64,000 nt of DNA from Octopus bimaculoides (lineage: Eukaryota), in contig NC_068997.1 of the NCBI RefSeq assembly GCF_001194135.2, positions 3,193,859 through 3,257,858 on the forward strand, in the 5' to 3' direction. Both the position numbers and the translations under genes were made by a program. Every line of letters begins with the position of its first letter. The stretch's first letter is position 1. Shown here piece by piece: positions 54,331 through 64,000 of this stretch. The notes under the pieces are model-generated. The model ran no database searches. It had not been told where the DNA came from and saw only the letters and a program-made list of their open reading frames with translations.

Positions 54331-54685
54331 GGTATAAGAGACGGAAGGACAATAACAGAAGTAACATAGGTAAGTACCAGTTGAATTTTGGGAGTCGATA
54401 TAATCGACTTACCCCTCTCCTGAAGCTGCTATTCTTATGCTAAAATTTGAAACCGATATGTATCTTCTGTAGTAAAATTGTTTTAGTTTCAACACACGGT
54501 CTCATTTCTTATCACTTTACAAGACAAGTACATCTTCGAATAAATTAAAATTTTTTCTCGAATTTTCAATCAAAATACAGTTGGAAACCAATGTTTTTCA
54601 AAATATACTCATTAAGAGTAAAGAAGGGATGATGAAAAGATTATAAATGAAAGTCAACTTAAATATACATATCAGTATATACAAG

Positions 54686-54759
<74 letters not shown>

Positions 54760-54946
54760 CGAATATATTTATGCTCTAAATTTGCACGTTGAATGCTGGT
54801 TCTCTTGTATGCCCCACCAAATCTATACACACCATACACACAAGCAGATACATATGTACGTGTGTGTATATATTTGGGCGTGTCTACATATTTATGTACA
54901 GTCTCTCTCTCTCTCTCTCTCAAAGCAACGTATTTTGACTTTAAAA

Positions 54947-55007
<61 letters not shown>
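54947..55007. repeat. (GTA)n microsatellite
   Basis: Read directly from the sequence. Confidence 0.95.
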
Positions 55008-55008
<1 letters not shown>

Positions 55009-58000
55009 TAGAAAATTATGTTCCCCAAATATCTCCCGTCTTTGAACGCTTTCTTTTACTTCCCTTCCGTGTGCGGCCATTGTTAGTGTGTCAGTTGGTC
55101 AATGGATAGAGAAGGTAGAGGTAGAGGACTTTCTGGACGCATTTCATATTTGAACGCCATGTTCAATACACGGAGTCGGATTATTGATAGACAGAGAAAC
55201 ATTGAGAAAGTGCAGCATAGTTTATTCTCGTTGAAACTTTGATTAACAACTACTTAAGATATACTCCGTCTTATCTTGACCACGTGAGAGTCTGTCAAGT
55301 CAAATGAAATCCAAGGGACATGACCAACAGTAAACCACTCTTATGGTCTGTGGAGAAGGAGATATTGATTGTGCGTTCAACAATGAAAATTCTTCACCAT
55401 TATCCAATTATTCAGTGGAAGTCTATTTTAGGGATGTTATCAAGAATTGGTGACTAATACCACCCACAGAGCTACAATGAAATATATATCTCTTCTTATG
55501 TGCCTACTGCGACGGTTTTATATCTGAGCTTTTTCTTTTCGTTTATTTTTCTCTCATTCTTTCTATTATTTCTGTCGTTTTATTCGTATCATGTAAGAAC
55601 GTTTTTATATATACTTTCAATTCGTCTTTTATTTACTGTTATTCTTTCATTCTTTCATTCTTTCTTTACTTTTATTTCCCTCTGGAGTGATTTTTCAATT
55701 GAAAAGCTGAAAGACATTTTTCAGTGCTACGGTTGAACAACAGGAATGTAATCAATCAATAGTATCATTGATTGACCGATAAATTGATTTTACAATTGTT
55801 TGACAGTCATATAAGTTAGAGTAATCTTATTTGAGAATATAATGTAGACTTAGCTGCTTTGTTCAAGAAATTTCAGAAAAGAGTAGAGCGGCGAGTGTTT
55901 GGGTGGCAGTTTTATTCTCTTCGGTTTTTCATATATTCTTTGGCTTTATAAGATAATTCACTAAAAACCTACGACTGTGATATCACAACAGAAAAGCAGA
56001 TTTTGTGATATTAAAGTGGAATAATCTTTGTAATAACACTTCATCAAAACCACAAACAACTTCCTCCCACAATACAATACAAATCAACAAACAAAACTAT
56101 AGAGCGAAACACATAATACACAGATCCGCCATATTAGGGTGAGACTGTTTCATTACTTTGTTCCAGAGAAAGAAAATGTTAAGTTGAAAATTCTTTTTCG
56201 TTGAGTGATGGTTTTTGTTTTCAAAGAATATTTCTGTCTTTGACATTATCTTGTCAACATATCGTTTTATTTTTCTTCTGATTATCTTGTAAAATATTTA
56301 AGACAATCGATTTGATTAATAAATACCTCATTGGGGAACATAATAATTATTTCTCTACAATTATGTTCTAAAATGTGTTTTAAATTATACTTTAATAAAG
56401 ATTTATTAAATTATATTCTTCATTTAGTCGTAATAAATTTGATTTTATCACCTCTTTAGCATCGGTAATGGTGTGTGTGTGGTGAACAAATAAAGAAACA
56501 GACAATGATTGAAAAACAAAGTGTTATTCTTTATTGAAGACATTAAAAACTTCTTCAAATTTTACTGTTCATAGACACATTGAAATCTACAGATAAACCA
56601 AATTGGCAATATATAATCGTTTGAAAGGTTATCATTTCAAACACTAACCCGTAACAGAACGCTACATTTATATCCGACATATTTAGCACTCGTGTGCCTG
56701 GTTCAGCGTAGTGACAACAGTAGTAACGTTGTCAAATTGTCAGATGGTTTCTTTGTCTCCACTATGAAATGGATTCTCTTCTGTAGTGTGGTAACAAGAC
56801 ATTATTGTTCTGCTGTACACTACTTACATCTCTATAAACCCAAGGTTACCAGTATACCATGAGAGTAGCCATAAAGATTCGCTCACAAAGAGAAAATAAG
56901 AAGGGTAAGAATTACAGGGAGGTTACAAAATTGGTTAAAGATTAACTTATTTCATCATTCCTAAACTGAACAAATGTGTGAATACATAGTATGAATTCCA
57001 AAGTATATAGCCCTTTTGAGTACACAATATAAATTTTAAGCTATATATATNNNNNNNNNNNNNNNNNNNNNNNNNNNNNNNNNNNNNNNNNNNNNNNNNN
57101 ATATATAGTATATATATACATATAATATATACATATATATATCTATATGTGTGTGTGTGTGTATGTATGTATATATATATATATATATTTGTGGTAGGGT
57201 GTATCTATGTATCTATGTATTTGTTATCGACCGGACATACACAATGTGTGTGTTTTGCTTGTTCACTGGGTCACTGTCGCACAACGCTTTGGGGACCACT
57301 CCATCATAGCATTGTGTGTTAAAAAACCTGAAAGTTATAGACAGGGGAGATAACTCGCTCCCAATTCCATTCGGGAATGATGTATACTGATATTTCACCA
57401 ATTTTTGTGGCTTTTCAACATCACCTGAATCGAACCGGTGACGAAAAGAATCGCCAGTCTATGACTATATACAAATGGTATGAAATTCATTTACCACAGC
57501 GATGCATATATAAGATGAATTCAATTAAAAATTAAAAGCAGAGCATAATATACATATTATGTAGTTGTTCGTTATGGCCAGTCAGAAAGTTATCATTGAT
57601 TTCGCGTCTTTAATTTACTCTTAGCGATATAGGCGACACATCAGATCTGCTGGTCCGAGGGCACAAAACAAATTTATTAATGGATGTAAATATATAATCT
57701 GGGTCAGTAATGTTGTGAGAAAAAATAACGCCTGAAACGAAATTCTTCGAAGTGAAAACTTCTGTACTTTGAACGGTTCCTGTTGAGTCTGAGAAGGGTA
57801 AATTTATGTACTATTTCCATTCAACTGTAACTGTAAAACGAGCTATATATAAACGAAAGAACTGTTAGAACTATTAAAAGAAACAAGGAGAAAATTAGAG
57901 TTACCATATTGGTTGGAGTTTCAATAACATTTAATACATATTGTACGTATGTAGTTACATTGTGGAAATAATGAGAAAAGCTCTACTATTTGGGATTCAA

Positions 58001-58043
58001 GAGAAACATAATATTATGTCTTATAAGAGATTCTATACGTGAT

Positions 58044-58090
<47 letters not shown>

Positions 58091-58138
58091 CGAGAGAGAG
58101 AAAGAGGATAGATAGATAGATAGATAGATAGATGGATG

Positions 58139-58170
<32 letters not shown>

Positions 58171-59448
58171 CATACATACATATGTAGAGAGAGAAAGGGG
58201 GGAAAGAAAGAGACAGGGAGAGAGAAAGCACACACAGCAGACACTAATGCACACGTGTACGCACACACAGCTGAATCACACGCAAACGTATACGCGTACA
58301 CACCCAAACACTCGCAAACGCACAACTGATACACACACTATCACGTACACACATCCAAGCACACGCACATACTAACCAATGAGCTGATGCCATCAGCTCA
58401 CGTGCACATACACACACAGGGGTATAAGCACCATACACACACACTAAAGCATTCTTGCAGTAAGTGTGCACCCCAAACACACACAAGCAGTTGGTGTCGC
58501 TCAAGATTGTCACCCCATTACTTAGACAGCGGGGTGACACCAACATCCTGTCAAACCACGCGGTCCGAGGAACATAGTTCGGGATTTCTATTTGATGTCA
58601 CTGGTATTCTATGACCAATATCATCAACATCATATTCCCAGCCTTGAACAACAACTGTTCAATCTCTTGTAGTTATTTTGAACTTGTACCGTCTTTCCAT
58701 TCGGTCGCCTACCTTGACGAGCTAGGCTGGTATGACGAACCGACGAAACTTGAAGCTGCACCGAAACGAATCAAACTGTTGTTTGTGATGTGTGTGTGTG
58801 TGTATGCGTGCGTGCCTGTGCATGCGTGTCGCGTGCGAGAGAGAAACTGTGTATCTGTGTATGCTGAGGAGGTCAATGTCAACGACGTGGTGACAAAGAA
58901 AGAAGAATAAAGAGGCAGAGTGAGAAAGAGAACGAGAATGGTAGAAAGTAATAGACTCAGACAGAACGCAAGAGAGAGAGAGAGGGGGAGAGAGGGAAAG
59001 AGAGCGGAGTGTGGGAGAGAGAGAGAAAGAGAGCTGTAGAGACGGGTTGAGAAATGCTTAGCGCAAGATTCGTTTTAAGGTAAAATCTAAAGTTTATTTT
59101 AGTCTGAGAGTAGGAATGTTATTCTGGTATGTTGTATTGATTAGTTTTTGTGGGGTAAATTATTGATTGGATGTAATGCTGTGCGTATGTGTGTGTGTAT
59201 TTGTGTGCGTGTAATTGTGAGTGTGTGTGTGTGTGTATTAGTGTGTGTATGTATGAATGTGTGCGTGTGTTTGCTGATCGAAGATGTAAATGCTTAATTG
59301 TAAGTAGCTCCATGTCACCAGTTATTAGCAGTAATTGTTCTTAACTAAAACTGCTGTCGACACATCTTCGACAGAATCTACATTAATAAACAGTCCAAGT
59401 CTGGATTAAAGCACTTCTTGGAATTACGATGTTTATTCTTCCATAGAC

Positions 59449-59504
<56 letters not shown>

Positions 59505-59729
59505 TACAAACACAGTACCATGTCTTAGAAGACTGCAAGAGTTTATATTGCTGTCACGTGCATAGATTTCTGGAAAATTGTGATCAGTCTATATTCAGTT
59601 TCGTATATATTTTGTAGAATAAAATGAGGGAACTTTACATAACAACATGTTAGGTCAGTTGAAATAGTAGTATAAATAATGCAGTTCATATAAGTTTAAA
59701 ATTTTGGCACAAGGTCAGCAATTCTCAAG

Positions 59730-60095
59730 GAGGAGATAAGTCGATTACATCGACTCCAGGTGCTCAACTGATACTTATTTAATCGACCCTGAAAGGTAGA
59801 AAGGCAAAGTCGACACCGGCGGAATTTGGACTCAGAACGTAAATTCGCAAGAAACGTCGGTAAGCTCACCGCCTTGGGTGCACTTAATATTGATTCCAAG
59901 TTTTGGCCCAACATCAGCAACGTCGGTGGATAGGTAAGATAGCTAAGTCGATTACATCGACCCCAGTATTCGACTGGTAGTTACTTTATCGATATCGAAG
60001 GGATGAAAGGCAAAGTCATCCTTCGGCGGAATTTGCACTAACAACGTAAGAACGGATGACATACCGCTAAGAATTTTGCCCAGCATGTTAACGAA
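59730..60095 (-). mobile_element. Two tandem SINE family A copies (about 59730-59875 and 59945-60095)
   Basis: GTCGATTACATCGAC..CAG..ATCGA..GAAAGGCAAAGTC..GGCGGAATTTG occurs twice. Confidence 0.8.
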
Positions 60096-60142
60096 TCTAC
60101 CTTGGCTGCAGTTAATATTAACGAACAGTACTAAACTCCATT

Positions 60143-60192
<50 letters not shown>

Positions 60193-60231
60193 NNNNNNNN
60201 NNNNNNNNNNNNNNNNNNNNNNNNTATATAT

Positions 60232-60266
<35 letters not shown>

Positions 60267-60689
60267 CAATCTGTCTGTCTATCCCTCTATCTATCCATCT
60301 CTCTATAATGGTAAGAATCTCACAAGACAGCTGAACAGCAAAAACCACCCACTCAGACAAATGCTTCGATTCTTATCTTACACTCTAAGGAAACCGATCC
60401 GCATTCAGGTCATGACCCCTGTGTTCCCTTCTGCCGATACTTTATAGCCACTTGGATATCGGAGGTTGGTGCATTCAAACAGCTTGGTGATTTCAACTAG
60501 GTGGAGCTTTTTCCTGTAGACTCAGCTTGCAAACTTGTACTTAAAGAAGAAATAATGTTGGTTGACAAGTTAGCGGCGAAACCTCGTTACCACATTGACT
60601 CTCTCAGGGTTACTTCCCTTGGCGTTGAAATGCTCAAATATTCTTTTCTACTCAAGGCACAAGGCTCGAAATTTCTGGAGAGGAGGCCA

Positions 60690-60845
60690 GTCGATTAGAT
60701 CGACCCCAGTACGCAACTGGTACTTAATTTATCGACCCCTAAAGGATGAAAGGCAAAGTCGATCTCGGTGGAATTTGAACCCAGACAAACGAAATACCAC
60801 TAAAAATTTCGCCCGGCGTGCTAACGTTTTTGCTAGCTCGCAGCC
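60690..60845 (-). mobile_element. SINE family A, well preserved
   Basis: CAGTCGATTAGATCGACCCCAGTACGCAACTGGTACTTAATTTATCGACCCCTAAAGGATGAAAGGCAAAGTCGA..GAATTTGAAC..GCCCGGCGTGCTAACG. Confidence 0.88.
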
Positions 60846-61054
60846 TTGAAATACTCAAATATAATTTTCAATCGGTTTGCAGGTTGATTTTGTCTTCCTC
60901 GATGAGATCTAACTGGAACACCTTCTGTTGTCTTTGATATTGCCTTCAGTGCTTTGGTCCTGTTCTTCCCAGACACTGAGAGTCGTTTCATTATATTTTA
61001 AACAGATTTGACCGTAAAACCTCAGGTTCTATGGCGAGAACTATGATGACGATG

Positions 61055-61129
<75 letters not shown>

Positions 61130-61204
61130 GCAACAGGATCAAAGAGAAAGACAACATATTGCCCAAGTGGCAATAAGATCAAAGAGAAAGAAGAAAAACT
61201 GAAT

Positions 61205-61480
61205 TGTGACTGAAACGGTTTGAAGTGGGAAATACGCAGATGGTGGGCAATGAACGTGAGTGGACGTGATTCCAGTAGTAATTGGCGAGCTTGAAAGTAT
61301 AAGCACTCAACAAACAGCGTGGCTCAAAAAGACTGGTTTAAATGTTAAGATAGAACACATACAAAAACAGCATTGCTTGGATCTGCAACAGTCATCCGCA
61401 GGGTTCTTGAAAAATGATCGGTAAACAAATGTCACCTTCGTCTGATGGCTGTGCATAGCTGATGCTTTCCATTATACCCA
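61205..61480 (+). mobile_element. R4/Dong-type 3' end fragment downstream of (AAT)n
   Basis: VDVIPVVIGELESI..IEHIQK, frameshift, TALLGSATVIRRVLEK*. Confidence 0.78.
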
Positions 61481-61509
61481 GGAAAATAAGTTGCGAGATT
61501 TTATCAAAT

Positions 61510-61740
61510 AATAATGAAAATATCGAGAAGTATGATCCTCTGAAGAAGTAAGACGGAAATTTGTGAAAGATGAAGAAGGTTCTAGTTATTTCAGCGATGA
61601 TCGGAGCGTTTGGATGCATATCGAATAGTTTCAAACACTCTGTAAATAAAATCGGAATTGATGCAAGGCGACAGATCATGCAGAAGAATTAACTATGGTG
61701 GGATCAGAAAGTAAAAGAGTCCTGAATGCTTCGAGCTTAA
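61510..61740 (+). mobile_element. Second tandem R4/Dong-type 3' end fragment
   Basis: NIEKYDPLK..MKKVLVISAMIGAFGCISNSF..KIGID..MQK. Confidence 0.62.
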
Positions 61741-64000
61741 ATTCCTCTTCCTAAAATTAATTAACTCGACAGAAAGAAAAGTATCGTGGAAAGAAGAAAA
61801 ATGAGAATAACAAAGAAATGTGTGTTGTTCTATGTTAGGACTTGAGGAACATCGCGAAGTTCGAGTGAATGGAAATGACAGAACCTTATGTATACGGGCA
61901 GCTGTTACGATATAGATCCGTATATATACACGAACACACACGCATATGTATAATCTATAAACGTTTTATACCATAAGGCATACACACGCACATACATATA
62001 TAGGTATATCGTAGAAGCCAACGCGTGACCGATTGACTTCTTTCTAAACTCAATGTATCCATGCAAATCTTCCAAGAGTCCAAAGAGTTATTGTGCGTGA
62101 ACTTGTCTTGAGTGGATAAAGTCTTGTGCAACACTTAACCCACTTTTCAATGCAATCAGCTAATAACACCAGTGGCACAACAGATGTTGGGACAACCAGA
62201 CATCGACTGCACTTCAGCATTTTTAATACGAGTTTACCTTGTCCTCGGAAGACGTTCTAACGAGAAGTAAGGGTCCTTCACGCACAGTGGTTCATATACG
62301 AGTTAATCCATAGCTGGTGCTACGAGTCTGGGTCAGAGAAGAACTGGGAACAACAGTGACTATGTGGTAGTTCCCACCCACCCCTTAAAACTCTGGAATT
62401 CCTGTACCTGGGCACTGCAGTCGGATACAGTTTAAAGCCAGTATACGTATAAATATGTGTGTGCGTTATGTTTCAGTGTGTACCTGTGCATATGCGTGTG
62501 TATGTGCATGCATGTATGTGCTTATGTGCGTGTATATATATCTAAATTGTAAACTCAAGATTGTTCAAAGAATATATTACTCTATATATACTTTATTTAG
62601 ATATGGACAGAACACAAAAAGAAATATAGGGGCAAATGTTATTGTATGTGTATTTGCCCGCGCGTGAGTGTGTAGGGGGGTATGTCCATATATGTGTATG
62701 TGTGTATGTATATGTATGTGAGTGTGCATGTACGTATGTATGTGCAAGCATGTATATATACATATATGCATAAATACGCTCACATGCAAACACACATGCA
62801 CACAAACATATGCGCTTGCGTATGTATAGAAATCTGCAAGTGCAGCATGCATAAACATACACAGCTACTACGTATTCCAACAATATATAGAATTATTTCT
62901 ACGTTCATATTCGTGCTTGTATTGCAGGTATTCTTGTGTTTGTATGAGTTTTATCTCGCTTCATCTATATTTTCTTATTCCGAATTCATTGCCTCGTCTC
63001 TTTATTCTCTGTAACCAATCCATGCAGCTGCAAAGGTTTGTTACAAGTACAAAGGTTTACTCTATAAGCCGTAGCTACTGCTTCTGCTGCTGCTGTTACA
63101 TATGTGGTTACTATCGGTGCTATTGTGTTCAGACAGCCATTCTATGAATTATATGTGTAGAACCGCTGAACTTAACACCAGAATATTTTCGAAGATAAAA
63201 TGAAGTCGGGAATTCGTTGAAGCTGGTTCTGTTATTGTCAGTTAGCGCAAAAGAAATCAAAGCGATTCATGTGATAATTTCTTCAGGATTTCGTCAGAGG
63301 TCTTCTTTCAACAAAGATCTTCATTCAACCAGATTCTTTCAAGCATCTTCACCCAGCCATCTTTATTCAGCCATTCATATACCATGATAAACTCGGCATT
63401 CACTAAATAATATCTTATTACTTTATTGCGTATGAAATGCAACGTTGGTTGACAAAGGCGATAAAGAGGTCACGATAAGAATTAGTACAAGATTCAGCGG
63501 TTCGCTTCTCGTCAATACCTTAAAATTGGTTCCGAGGTTAAAAAACGTAAAATTTTAAATGCCTTGCCCACTTCATTATATCAATACTTTGTTGTCCTTG
63601 TTGTTATTGCTGTTGCTGATACTGTCTAGCCTAAAACCAGCCTTAATCATCCTTCGATCTAAAAAGATCTCTCTCATGATGGCCCATTCCTATATCATTA
63701 TCTAGTAGAGTGTTTCTAGGGTTGCTTCAGCTCAAGTCAAATGCATTTCTCTTTTCAAGAGGATATCAGTTGAAGGAGTGTTGTCAGTTTTTGCTGTTTG
63801 TTGTGTGACCACGCAGATGTTTCTACTTTGGGTCCTGGTATAAATAAGTACAGTGTTGAATTAGCTGAGAAGTACCTGAAGCGACTTCGTAGCTGAGTTC
63901 AAATCCCATCAGAAAAGTTCACATCTATCGTTTACTACCGATACTAGTATAGATTCTGCTCCTTAGTGCTTCTTAGTGTACAGTTAGCTCTCCTTAGCCC

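Overview
AT-rich eukaryotic DNA from a gapped draft scaffold (17 N-runs, about 3.3 kb in total). The dense microsatellites and recurring SINE families look like an octopus/cephalopod genome (pattern recognition, not a database result). I find no intact host protein-coding gene; the long ORFs in the track are microsatellite, N-gap or antisense artefacts, or decayed transposon fragments. The window is a transposon graveyard: about five tRNA-derived SINE families, Tc1/mariner relics and MITEs, a frame-intact CR1/L2-type RT fragment, an L1/Tx1-like ORF1 with no ORF2, head-to-tail R4/Dong-type LINE pieces joined by (AAT/AAC/AAG)n, and four Penelope-like relics. The best-supported hidden element is a type I hammerhead ribozyme with an intact core (8414-8475, minus strand) downstream of a Penelope GIY-YIG ORF; possible decayed counterparts lie behind two other Penelope relics. 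I cannot support a wholly new biological system from sequence alone; the findings are ranked candidates.
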